Of a stretch of 64,000 nucleotides of DNA, positions 20,401 to 28,662 are shown in pieces. Within the stretch, counting starts at the first letter, position 1; each line of letters opens with the position of its first letter. A program made the position numbers and the translations under genes. The stretch lies in contig OZ244587.1 of NCBI GenBank assembly GCA_965218095.1, forward strand, positions 5,184,001 through 5,248,000. Direction: 5' to 3'. This stretch comes from Candidatus Poribacteria bacterium. GTDB lineage: Bacteria; Poribacteria; WGA-4E; PCPOR2b. A model generated the notes under the pieces. It had not been told where the DNA came from and did not search any database. It saw only the letters and a program-made list of their open reading frames with translations.

Positions 20401-21033
20401 ACGTTGGGAAACAGCGGCTGATAGTTGCGGTGGCGTCTTGTCAATTACCGCTGAAAGCTCAATTGCAACGTATTCTGACTCCGCAGTATTCACGCTGTCG
20501 TTGGGAATAGCGTCAATTTCAATTTTAATCCGGTATCTTCCATCCTTGAGCGGGTGCGGATTTTTCTCACCCTGCTGTCTTGAAAAATCATTTCCGTCCC
20601 ACGCCTCGCGGATGGCTCTTGGACCGTCACTTGGATTAACGCCAGCACCAACCTCCCCTGTAATTACCCAATCATCTTCAAGATTAAATCGGCCATCAGG
20701 TGTACCGACGCCACTTGGGCCATGCGTATCGATCGTGATCCGGAAATCACCGAAATCGCCATCGGTAACAAAGCTGATAAGGAGGTTATCTTGTACACTA
20801 TCTCCATTTGGGCTAAAAACAGTATCCTCATCGGCATCATCAATCGCCTGCGGTGAGGTTTCAAAGCGTAACGCCCAAACCAGGGTTCCGCCTTGAATAA
20901 AGAAAAAGAACGGGAAAAATTGGAACAAAAGAATAAGGACGAATAAACAGTATCCGTTTTGAGAAAATAGAGTAGAAGAAGCTTGTTTTTTCTGGTACGG
21001 ACGGTGTTGTCTTGCAGTTTTGATAATTCGCAC
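14464..21033 (-). CDS. Giant secreted Ig-like-repeat protein with a FlgD-Ig/T9SS-type C-terminal sorting-like domain
   Basis: About 15 modules of ~115 aa with xDGSxDGxYxVxVxxxDxAGN and YDTxxP; N-terminal SPNGD domains; C-terminal WPNP..SIYDFAGDLV..TWDLKN..GVYIFRL..GKILVVE. Confidence 0.85.
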   Translation of the reverse strand: MRIIKTARQHRPYQKKQASSTLFSQNGYCLFVLILLFQFFPFFFFIQGGTLVWALRFETSPQAIDDADEDTVFSPNGDSVQDNLLISFVTDGDFGDFRITIDTHGPSGVGTPDGRFNLEDDWVITGEVGAGVNPSDGPRAIREAWDGNDFSRQQGEKNPHPLKDGRYRIKIEIDAIPNDSVNTAESEYVAIELSAVIDKTPPQLSAAVSQRDLSPNGDSIRDATQIRYGLSEDLAALQLEFINPSDRPAVSLGNHSFTWTGSDGLGTLLSDGTYTLQLRGTDKGGNVGTFGIGSIRIDTEAPIISQVTPSQNAFWNTSVEQIEAIFSVGEGSPIDFSPTFTKITLENENGIISGILSHNESTNRVTLTLDQPLDTSDENGVYTVSVSGGDKAGNIVQSEVQFTFDTVAPTITKLAADGGELTPGASTGVQLTFVEAILEDNIDAGLNFGVSTIRLSGPREAVTGVQRHVGENGIRWTLGFPLAADGSDDGVYTITVQPLDRAGNDAGESQIPFIYDTQAPKLISLTSETGVQLNASAGAKTFLSSSLSLITATFNDGNGGGVDFGATTIEMVPIVPENGAEVPVEGTTTSDEDNNMLEFRLTQPLEMRDGSQDGPYRIRVTSTDKAGNSQTENFDLTYDTQAPAIISTNPAGNETVSSLTQVSVILNTSNGIDFSATTVKLLRADGGTVNTDVRNNGKDTISLTLAEPLAINGSDDGEYIIEITPLDGAGNAGSTVRPRFFVASRMPEIRLNTPTETRINTLTTIEAQLFDYIGVGLDFSASKSTIAVRRNGTIVAAKSVAAEEPGARLIWSIDKPLSRDGSADGEYTVSVQYTDLVDRSFTADFVLTLDTQVPAITSTTPAEGARVSALDSVTVTLTDNLSGVDLVETVVSLMAPGNATVPGTKRSGGNQITLSFTPLKTDGRADGVYRIEVTPIDLAGNVGSLSVIEFTYATQAPDIDTLTPPDNAIVNRVQEIRALLIDNSGEGVDFDQSTITLKSASGDEILGALRNDKDLTLILEAALPTNGAADGGYTVELHLVNKLGTAADYTRRFTYDSQLPIITLESRLPAENPIVSNLLTHIEATLNDTGTGIDFDHSTIILKAPDQSLITGRQRVEEAQSSITWELNQLLPRDGSADGEYTIQLSIFDKAGNNADMEQAFVYDTLIPAIVAVTANTDPPTPIPAEGLAVINQSFARLAVKLSDTNGETTQMSGIDLVGTDIRLLAPGNAPVGINIRDDGVDIITVSFASLRQRGTYIVEITPQDLAGNVSGYAIEYKFNLELGRSSVSDVTIDDQSAPVAFVNRLDEIVATLVDVSGTGLDLTTDGSTTTVIGPNGEVDGDQASRGENQIVWTPLQLATDGSADGVYTVTVTPVDSVGRSGTPSRHQFTLDTQGPEVAAVTPIDFTQPISYIGQQLTQITAQVIDVGPAGLEIESQGLQLRNAQGDVVAADQTDDGNTQIFLTLSQPLATDGSDDGVYTVVLDLIDKARNLDTRSHKLVYDTQAPTLVSTDPADGALRSDDITLITVNLNDRGDSGIDFVASQLTLLDPSGNLISGKQNNDGHGKLTLQINGLAEDGNYTIRVQAVDRAGNGANAPFEANFTFSSGMPVVVSTLPKTTPAEEAFTNEPLRQVEVELQSDDGGSNRSTITLLSPEGTTVSGQQVRQGNKLIYRLLRELAADGSDDGIYTVSVTPVNSAGRRGTPEQFTFVYDTVPPEVDVETIRLIVAEPGVNNALNEIQVTITDDEPSSAIDWDNLDDSWLTLEAPPVTESSKSEPRRQIGGTLSSDEQQLLTFRLTISLANDGSQDGTYRVTIAPKDRAGNVTETVTYEFSYDTRPPTIDTGSLFIDEQPLLVDSNDPDYPSATNGGGGVIIDATLSDINPDGSRGLGVDLAQSSITVRSSEGNVISGTTTQNGSNRIRFKSGPLSEQGLYQVTITGVGLDDANLGFQPTDSISTQFLFETTKPVAELTDFGGETILEDESAPLQGTAHDPSASESGIPASEVALVEIVGTGPDDEPINPVVAEDNSEEEEEPWSRWSLDFLPAQSGEYNLDIRVTDRAGNVGVYDAVTANFSVSLIFKGPTYVWPNPLSFLRRSNGEIARFSFEVNVPGGEGAKITLSIYDFAGDLVYEKEFRDVSPGRNDNEVTWDLKNQSGTDVARGVYIFRLEAEDTVTNNHTNAVGKILVVE

Positions 21034-21271
21034 GCATTTCCCCCTACAATTGCCTGAATATTATTTAGCGGAGCTTGCCGATTTGTCGGTGGACATAACC
21101 CTTTTTCCGCTAAAATCGCAGCGCAACCGTGATTGCATTCACAGTTGGGACTCGATCTGTTTTAGACGCAAAAACACTCGTTTGGTTGAGACATTGGTTA
21201 GGGTAGAGGAAGGCGATTATTTCGGAGAGAACAATTAGGCTGTGCTTCACAACATTTTAAGATGGGGAATT

Positions 21272-21547
21272 CTACACTTGACGACTTTTGCGGCATCGAT
21301 TTTCTTCTCGCGCCGTTTGATACTGCTTTTGAGTGAGCGATTTGAGACGTAGATGTCGCGTTTCCAGACACTGTGAGCAACGCAACGCGATGTAATATTC
21401 TTCACTGAACATCTCATCGAGCCAGTCACCTCCTGCCGGCTGCTCATTCTTTGTCAATAAAAACTCATCGATTACTTCATATTCCCGGTTGCAGTCGGGA
21501 CAGACCTGCAAATCGTGTCCGATCTGGATAACAGCAAGCCAACTCAT
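21272..21547 (-). CDS. Small zinc-ribbon protein
   Basis: CPDC and CSQC pairs; directly downstream of the serine hydrolase. Confidence 0.55.
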   Translation of the reverse strand: MSWLAVIQIGHDLQVCPDCNREYEVIDEFLLTKNEQPAGGDWLDEMFSEEYYIALRCSQCLETRHLRLKSLTQKQYQTAREENRCRKSRQV

Positions 21548-21574
21548 ATCTACCCTCTCAAATCGGCCAAATTT

Positions 21575-23002
21575 TTATACAAGCTTTTTGAACACGAAAC
21601 CGCCCAGCGCATAGCTGAACACACGGTCGTCATCGTCGAACTTGAAGACAGCCGTTTCGCCGGATGCACGCCCAGCGCGGACAAGCCATTCATTCTCCTT
21701 GTCGGTAGGCTCAAGCTCTGCCGGGGCGTGCAAGGAGTACGCTGACCCGCCGTGGCCAGCAAGCCGCAGCCTGCCGTCACGGTACTCGATATTTACATCG
21801 ATTCCAGGTTCGGCGCGGTAGTAACCGATAAAGCGGCGCAGGGCGTCGGGCATTGGTTCGAGCTTCGGTTGCTCGGGTGCTGAAGTCGCTGCCTCGTCGG
21901 CGTTCAACACCATTTCAAGGACTTCCTGCGCCAACTCAAGGCCGCCGTGCGGCGGCCACAGGTTGATAAGCACGACCGCTCCAGTCTTACTCGGAACGTT
22001 GAACCAGACCTGCGTGCTGAAGCCATGAATTCCGCCGCCGTGATTGTGATAGACATGGTTGCCAACGCGCGTCGCCAGCCAGCCGAGGCACTGCCCCGCC
22101 GACCAGTCCGTTTCGACGTACTGCGGCTGTTGAATCTCCGTGAGCGTTTGACCGTTTAGGATCTGTGCACCGTGGCGATGACCGCCGTCAGTTTTGAACT
22201 GGAACGACACCCACTCTGCGAGATCGCCGACGGTTGAGTGAAGTTGGCCCGCCGATGAAATGCCCTTCAGGTGGGCGTAGCACGCACGTTCAGGACTGTC
22301 CTGGTAGGGCGTCGGGTTGTAGCCGACGAAGAAGTGGGGGCGTAGTTCGTCTGTGAGGTCGAAAACAGTGGACGTGAGTCCAAGCGGCTCGATGATACTG
22401 GCGTGGACATACTCGGGGTATGACTCGCCGGTGACTCGGTACACCACTTCGCCGAGCAACCCAAATGCAAGGTTCGAGTACTTGAAGGCGGAGTCCTGGG
22501 GGATGACAATCTCCGTCTCTGGTAGTTTCGCAAGAACCTCTTCGCGGATTGGAAAGTTGAGTGCGTCCCAACCCTGCGTCGGCGACTCAGTGACTAATCC
22601 GGAGCGGTGGGTCAGTAAGCGCCGGATGGTCACGTCTTCGACAGCGACACAGGTGGAGCGAACCTGGGCAAATTCAGGAATGTGCCGCACCAGCGAATCT
22701 CCCAGCTTGAGCCGCCCTTCGTCCCGCAATTGCATGATGGCGGTGGTCGTAAACGTCTTCGTAACCGAAGCGACCCGGGCGATGGTGTTCTCATCTGGTT
22801 TTCGGTCTGAGTCAAGGTCTACAGCGCCGAACCCACCAAACCAAGCGAGCTCCTGGTCACGGATAATGCCCAGAGCCAAGCCGGGGAAGCGATACTTCGC
22901 CAGCTTCGTTGCGGCCAGCCGTTCGATGTCGGGTATCAGATCTTCCATTCGCAATCTCCCATAATTGTAACCGCTTTGTTGAAGGATATTTGGTAATACC
23001 AA
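21575..23002 (-). CDS. Serine hydrolase, beta-lactamase class C/CubicO family
   Basis: ASVTK, LLTHRSGL, FKYSN, HGGG. Confidence 0.9.
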   Translation of the reverse strand: MVLPNILQQSGYNYGRLRMEDLIPDIERLAATKLAKYRFPGLALGIIRDQELAWFGGFGAVDLDSDRKPDENTIARVASVTKTFTTTAIMQLRDEGRLKLGDSLVRHIPEFAQVRSTCVAVEDVTIRRLLTHRSGLVTESPTQGWDALNFPIREEVLAKLPETEIVIPQDSAFKYSNLAFGLLGEVVYRVTGESYPEYVHASIIEPLGLTSTVFDLTDELRPHFFVGYNPTPYQDSPERACYAHLKGISSAGQLHSTVGDLAEWVSFQFKTDGGHRHGAQILNGQTLTEIQQPQYVETDWSAGQCLGWLATRVGNHVYHNHGGGIHGFSTQVWFNVPSKTGAVVLINLWPPHGGLELAQEVLEMVLNADEAATSAPEQPKLEPMPDALRRFIGYYRAEPGIDVNIEYRDGRLRLAGHGGSAYSLHAPAELEPTDKENEWLVRAGRASGETAVFKFDDDDRVFSYALGGFVFKKLV

Positions 23003-23009
23003 TTGATCG

Positions 23010-24608
23010 TTATGACGAAATCACGCGGCCTTCACCGCGCGGATCTGTCCCTCCGGATTGTACCGCAGGGTCTTCCGAGACCACAATTCCGTGACCTGGT
23101 CCACCAATACCCTCCTGCGGCTCAACCTCATGACCAAGTTTTTGCAGATCTCCCAGGACAGCTTCTCCAGCCCGTTCTTCGACCTGAATGGGTTCAGCGC
23201 CCTCACTATGCAGCCGAGGCGCGTCCAGGGCTTCTTGGATGGTCATTTGCAGATCGATGAGATTCACCGAGATGCTGAGCTGATTGTTCAGAATCGTGCG
23301 GCCGCCGGGGATGCCATATGTCGCAAAGGGACGGTCATTCCGCAACGCAATAAACGGCGACATGTTGTGGAGCGGGCATTTGCCGGGAGCGATCGAGTTC
23401 ACCAGTCCCGGCCGTGGGTCGAAGCGCCCGACGCCGTGGCCCAGCAACAGCCCCGTACCCGGCACAGTAACCATTGAGCCAAACCCACCACCATGCGTCT
23501 GTGTCAAGGCGACCATATTTCCGTGGACATCCGCGGTAGAAATATGGCTGGTGCAACTGATCGGTTCGTGATATACGATTTTCCCCGGCTTGGGTGATTT
23601 CAGTCCATCCTTCAAACGAGGCTTGAGTTTGGTGGTGAATTGGTCGGAAAGTTCATCGGAGACATCAATTCCCACAAATTCCGGATCGCCAAATCGACTG
23701 AGACGCTCGGGCCAGCCGATTTTCATAGCCTCGGCGAAGAGGTGCATTCGCTCGACGAGGGCCATATTTCCGACATCATAACCCTCGATTAACCGTAGCA
23801 TCTGCAAGGTGGTCAGTCCTCCCGCACCCAGCGGCGGCGTGTAGAACTGATAGCCCCGGTAATGAATTTCATACGGCCGGACTATCTTGGGACGATAGTT
23901 CTGGAAATCTTCAAGGGCCAGGCACCCACCACTTTCCTGGATGTGATCGGTAATCTTTTTCGCGATGGGACCGTTGTAGAAAGCAGGCGCTCCACCTTCG
24001 GCAACCTTTTCCAGTGTTCGAGCAAGGGCGGGGTTTGTTAGCCGTTCACCCGGTTGCGGCGGACGCCCGTTTTTAAGGAACACCCGCGCTGTCTCCGGAA
24101 ACTCTTGAAGCCATCGTTCGGCATTAGCGGTGATACCGTCTCGATTAGCGCGGTTGGGCGCAAATCCGTAGCGGGCAGAACGAATGGCGAGTTTGAGAAT
24201 TTCATGAAGGGGCATGCTGCCGAATTGCTGAAGCGCCAAACACAATCCCGCCACCACGCCGGGGACGCCGACTGACAAGGGTCCGTGGATATTCACTCGC
24301 CCCGGCACCCGATAGCCCGCCGGCGTGTCTGTTTTTTCAATGGTAAACATCCGATCCGAGGCAGCAGCAGGGACGGTCGTGTTGTAGTCGATGGCGACGA
24401 CTTCTTTTCGCTCGGCGAGGGAAATGACCATACAGCCACCGTAGCCAGCCACACCGTTCTGGCTCGGTTCAACAACCCCCTCGGTGAAAGCGGCGGCGAC
24501 GGCAGCATCTACCGCATTACCGCCCTGTTTGAGCATAGCCATCCCAGCCCTGGCGGTTCTAGGATGCGGTCCGACTACGGTGCCGTATTTTCGTTGACGT
24601 GGTTTCAT
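23010..24608 (-). CDS. ggt: Gamma-glutamyltransferase family protein
   Basis: GGNAVDAAVA, VGVPG, FYNG, CTSHIS nucleophile Thr, GIPGGRTI, DPRGEG. Confidence 0.9.
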   Translation of the reverse strand: MKPRQRKYGTVVGPHPRTARAGMAMLKQGGNAVDAAVAAAFTEGVVEPSQNGVAGYGGCMVISLAERKEVVAIDYNTTVPAAASDRMFTIEKTDTPAGYRVPGRVNIHGPLSVGVPGVVAGLCLALQQFGSMPLHEILKLAIRSARYGFAPNRANRDGITANAERWLQEFPETARVFLKNGRPPQPGERLTNPALARTLEKVAEGGAPAFYNGPIAKKITDHIQESGGCLALEDFQNYRPKIVRPYEIHYRGYQFYTPPLGAGGLTTLQMLRLIEGYDVGNMALVERMHLFAEAMKIGWPERLSRFGDPEFVGIDVSDELSDQFTTKLKPRLKDGLKSPKPGKIVYHEPISCTSHISTADVHGNMVALTQTHGGGFGSMVTVPGTGLLLGHGVGRFDPRPGLVNSIAPGKCPLHNMSPFIALRNDRPFATYGIPGGRTILNNQLSISVNLIDLQMTIQEALDAPRLHSEGAEPIQVEERAGEAVLGDLQKLGHEVEPQEGIGGPGHGIVVSEDPAVQSGGTDPRGEGRVISS

Positions 24609-24686
24609 AGAAAATTTTTCCTTTCGCTTAATTATTTGGCTTATGGGCTTATCACCAATATCAACCTTCTTTTGCTGATCCGGAAT

Positions 24687-25682
24687 TTACTCGAACTCGG
24701 ACAACTGAACCGGCGCATTTCGCTCGGCGCTCTGTTTAGCCGCCTCAATTACCGCCATCGAATGCCGCACAGACCGCCCACTTGCATTGGGCTCACCGCC
24801 TTTCAGGCAGCAAACCGCAAACTCCCGGATCTGGTTCGACATACCTTCTCCGTTCGCTCCCTCTACCGGAACTTCCTTTCCGTTGACGAGCAGTTTATTG
24901 TCCGCTAACATCATCGATCCTCTGCTCCCGACGATATATTGGTCGTGGGCGCTGGAGTGACAGACCACCGATTGTGACAGCACGCTCACCGCTCCATCTT
25001 CGTGATTCATCACGGACGTGTATGAATCCTTCTGCCCGTGATACAGGTCGGCGCTTTCCGTTCCCTGCGCGTAGACCTGAGTCACGGGTGAATCCAGATA
25101 CCAGTGGAGGATATCGTACTCATGTGGCCCAAAACAATAAAGCACACAGTTCCCCCCAACTTCGAGATCAAGGTACCAATGCCGAGAATCTCTCCCTGAT
25201 GGCACCGGGTTGAAAAAGCTGTATCGCCGCCGCATCAGATGTCCTACCTCTCCGATTTCTCCTCTGGCAATCATGTTCCGTATCATGCGATTCACCGGGT
25301 AGTATCGCATCACTTGGCCCACCATCAGGATCTTTCCGGCCCGATCGCATGCCTCGATCATCCGGTCACAATCCAGGAGCGTCAGCGCCATCGGCTTCTC
25401 CACCATCACATGCTTCCCCGCCTCTGCAGCCACTACTACCTGGTCGGCGTGCAGGTTGTGGGGCGTACAGACGTGGACTGCTTCCACTTCCGCATCCGCC
25501 AGTAGAAGCTCCAGACTCTTGTAAGCCCTGGCTCCAAACTCCCGCGCTGCCGCCTCTGCCCGGTCGGCATCCATATCCATGACTGCAACCAGCCGGATGT
25601 TTTCATTCACTTCAATGGCTTTCATGTGGGACGAGGCGATTCCTCCAGCGCCAATTACCCCAACAGACAGTACATCGCTCAT
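24687..25682 (-). CDS. Gfo/Idh/MocA oxidoreductase
   Basis: GVIGAGGIA, VCTPHNLH, GKHVMVEKPMA. Confidence 0.9.
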   Translation of the reverse strand: MSDVLSVGVIGAGGIASSHMKAIEVNENIRLVAVMDMDADRAEAAAREFGARAYKSLELLLADAEVEAVHVCTPHNLHADQVVVAAEAGKHVMVEKPMALTLLDCDRMIEACDRAGKILMVGQVMRYYPVNRMIRNMIARGEIGEVGHLMRRRYSFFNPVPSGRDSRHWYLDLEVGGNCVLYCFGPHEYDILHWYLDSPVTQVYAQGTESADLYHGQKDSYTSVMNHEDGAVSVLSQSVVCHSSAHDQYIVGSRGSMMLADNKLLVNGKEVPVEGANGEGMSNQIREFAVCCLKGGEPNASGRSVRHSMAVIEAAKQSAERNAPVQLSEFE

Positions 25683-25771
25683 TTTCTGCCTCCTCGGCTT
25701 AGATCCCTACTCAATTCCAGAACCCTCCACCGGTGCAAACCGCGTCAAACTGGGCTCGGAACGTGGCTTTC

Positions 25772-25799
25772 ATTATACACATATACGAATCTGCGTCAA
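25772..25799 (-). promoter_or_regulatory. Sigma70 promoter for the oxidoreductase-ggt-hydrolase operon
   Basis: TTGACG-N16-TATAAT on the minus strand. Confidence 0.5.
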
Positions 25800-25918
25800 T
25801 TAAAAAATACGATGTTCGGCCGAATCACAGCAAAATCTCTCATCATGTTCAACACATTGCAGATCGATGAAATTTCTGTGTTTGGACTGATGGGGCTCCT
25901 AAATACACATAAGCGGAC

Positions 25919-25947
25919 TTGACAGACCGCGGTTTTAAGGATATAAT
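25919..25947 (+). promoter_or_regulatory. Perfect-consensus sigma70 promoter with no intact downstream gene
   Basis: TTGACA-N17-TATAAT. Confidence 0.75.
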
Positions 25948-26070
25948 ATTCACCGTTGAGCGATTGAAATCAGGCTGGAGGAAATCTTGAATAACTGAAT
26001 TGAAGAAGATTGGCCAGATTAGTTATAGGAGTTACGCACCTCATTAAGAAGGGGAACAAAATGACGGAGT

Positions 26071-26293
26071 CGGTTTGGACATACGGTCACGGAAGCCGAT
26101 AACACCCTGTTTACCCAACTTACCCACAACACCAACCCGTTGCATTTTGACAAACGCTACGCCGAACAGACGAAGTGGAAGCGGATCCTGGTCAACAGTA
26201 CCTTTACCCTGGCTCTGGTGACCGGGATGAGCATTACGGGCGAACCTGGCGCCCCGCTGCAGAAGACAGGGCTGTTGCTGGTTGATCTGAGAT
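26071..26293 (+). pseudogene. MaoC-family dehydratase fragment
   Basis: Manual translation FGHTVTEADNTLFTQLTHNTNPLHFDKRYAEQTKWKRILVNSTFTLALVTGMS; no in-frame start and no C-terminus. Confidence 0.75.
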
Positions 26294-26611
26294 GATGAGG
26301 GCAAGACTCTAATCCTATTAAGAAAGAGCGAATATGTGAGGAGTTGTAACTGTCTATGGCAAAGGTGAAAATGGCTTGGCTTCATTGGGAATTGAAGATA
26401 CGGGAGGGATTGTAACCGCCCATGGAAAGGACGGCAAGAGTAGTAGTACAATGATTATAGATGAGGCCAACGGTTATGTGATAGTTGCTGGAAAGGATGG
26501 GAAAAGCAGCGCTGCTCTATCGTCTCTATCAGGAATAAGACAGTTTTAGAAAGGAATTAAAAATGCAACGGTTTCTTGTTTCACGAGAAGTAGGTTTGAT
26601 AATTAACATTG

Positions 26612-26899
26612 ACCAAGTGGTTGGAGTTGCTTAAGGTCCAGGTTCCGTGCACCCCCGTGAACACAGTAAAGGAGGCGTTTCGCGATCCGCAGGTGGCTAA
26701 AGATGAGATAATCCTTGAGATTCCACATCCGGAGTTCGGCGTTGTTCGCTAGGTAGCTTCCCCGATCAAAATTAGCGATTCCAAAGTCGAGCGCCGCCGT
26801 GGTCCAAAATTCAGTGAACACGTGGATGAGATGCTGAAAGATTATCTCAAAATGTCGCCGGAGGACGTTAAGGAACTCCGGCGAGAGGGTGTTCTTTAA
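26612..26899 (+). pseudogene. Family III CoA-transferase (CaiB/BaiF) C-terminal remnant
   Basis: Manual translation WLELLKVQVPCTPVNTVKEAFRDPQV..HPEFGVVR*VASPIK..PKFSEHVDEML..LRREGVL; TAG at 26750. Confidence 0.7.
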
Positions 26900-27067
26900 G
26901 CCCTCCGGATGAATGATGAAATCTGCATTAGATATAGATGCCCCTTCTATCGTGTCGATATGGTATAGTTTTAATTGGAGATGTATTCTCAACCCGAATT
27001 ATCAATCCGCGGAACAGGATTAACACTCAACAGGAAGATTACCCACCTAATAGATAAGGGAAATAAA

Positions 27068-28036
27068 ATGATGAACAGCAAAGGCAGTGCTCTTGATGAA
27101 TACTTAAAAGCCAAACAGCGCCGACGACAGCAAATCGCTAAACGCCGAAAGCGGATGGCACTGGGTGAGCCAGTGTCTATTCCTTTGAAATCCATTTCGT
27201 TGAATCGAGAACAGCGGGGTGCAATTTCTGCCTCCCAAACGACATCTGATCAGGAGCAAGGGAATCGAGTCCTTACCTCTAAGCGTTTTGCGCTGCTGGT
27301 TTCTCTCTGCTTCCATCTCATTGGAGCATTGATAGCAACACTATATATCGTTCAAGCGCCCAATGTCGATGATGATGCCGTCGTTGTAAATCTCATGAAA
27401 TGGAAACCCGCTAAAGTTAAACGCCGCGTGCCCCCTCGGCAAATAGAAAGTATTACGCCCCCCAAATCTTTTCGAATTCAAGCGCCACAGTTACGGCAGC
27501 CTACCACGGCAGCGGTGGAAATTCCATCAGACAATGCAAGGTTTATCCCTCACGGAAATCTGCGGATCCCTGTTCAGGCGCCCTCTAGTGCCGTCTCGAT
27601 TTCAGAAGCGCTGGATAAAAAACTGAGGAGCAGCCATCGGGCAGAAATACCTTCAGAAATACCTGAAATTAAACCCCAGTCATCTTCATCAGTTCTATCA
27701 AAAATTGAGACACATCTCCCCGATCCCGATTTCATTGAACTCCCAGACACTGAGTTGAGCGATGTTACTCAGCGACCCCGTTTAATCAACAAAGTCGAGC
27801 CGAAGTATCCAGAATCTGCCCGCCGCGCTCAAAAGGAAGGCGTGGTTATGCTTGAAGCGACAATCGGCGTGGACGGAATGGCAAGAGACATTCAGGTAGT
27901 GGAATCGTTAGGATTCGGCTGCGATGAGGCGGCGGCTAAAGCCCTGAAAGCCTCTCGCTTTGCTCCAGCCAAGCAAGGGAAAACAGCCGTGCCTATGCGG
28001 ATACGGATTCCATATCGGTTCATTTTTGAGAATTAG
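27068..28036 (+). CDS. TonB-family energy transducer
   Basis: TM segment with SLCFH, Pro-rich linker, PKYPESARRAQKEGVVML..GCDEAA..FAPAKQG. Confidence 0.85.
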   Translation: MMNSKGSALDEYLKAKQRRRQQIAKRRKRMALGEPVSIPLKSISLNREQRGAISASQTTSDQEQGNRVLTSKRFALLVSLCFHLIGALIATLYIVQAPNVDDDAVVVNLMKWKPAKVKRRVPPRQIESITPPKSFRIQAPQLRQPTTAAVEIPSDNARFIPHGNLRIPVQAPSSAVSISEALDKKLRSSHRAEIPSEIPEIKPQSSSSVLSKIETHLPDPDFIELPDTELSDVTQRPRLINKVEPKYPESARRAQKEGVVMLEATIGVDGMARDIQVVESLGFGCDEAAAKALKASRFAPAKQGKTAVPMRIRIPYRFIFEN

Positions 28037-28045
28037 TCATTTTTT

Positions 28046-28063
28046 TATTAACCAATGGTGCTA
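28046..28063 (+). mobile_element. Solo IS982-like terminal repeat
   Basis: TATTA-ACCAATGGTGCTA, identical to one end of the 8580-9555 element, truncated at the CTA. Confidence 0.7.
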
Positions 28064-28116
28064 ATACCTAATACTGCATCGCGCATGACGTATTCCGTTC
28101 ATTGACAAATTCCCGA

Positions 28117-28570
28117 TGAACCCAAAAGGAGACCTTTGATATAGGCAGCAGTGGTATCAAGGTGATGGTCCTGGATGAGAGTGGAAATTCCGTGAGCGAA
28201 CGAGCTCGCATCCCAACCCCGCAACCTGCTAAACCGGATGCTGTCCTCGCGGCAATCATCGAGTTAGCTGAAAAACAGGGTGACCGTGTATTGGTAGGCT
28301 TTCTCGGTGTGGTGTGCAGGGGTGTGACTGAAATAGCAGCGAACCTTGCACTGGATTGGGTTTGATTTGGCGAAGGCGCTGTCTGAAAGCCTCAACAAAC
28401 CGGTGCGCGTCGCTAATGACGCTAACATTCAAGGGTTCGACGCCATTTCTGGACACGGTGTGGAATTGGTTGTCACGTTGGGGACAGGCTTCAGATCGGC
28501 GCTGTTCGTTGATGGAAAACTGGCACCTAACCTTGAAACTGCACATCACCCCTCCCGTAGGGGAGAATCC
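28117..28570 (+). pseudogene. ROK-family (polyphosphate glucokinase-like) pseudogene
   Basis: FDIGSSGIK, RIPTP, frameshift near 28355, ANDANIQG, TLGTG, PNLE; truncated. Confidence 0.8.
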
Positions 28571-28662
28571 TCAACCGGATCTTTGCCACTGCGGTGGCTT
28601 CAACGAAGGGCGAAAAACGTCTCCCTTGCTGAAACCTGCAAGACGAAATAGATACATTCCCC

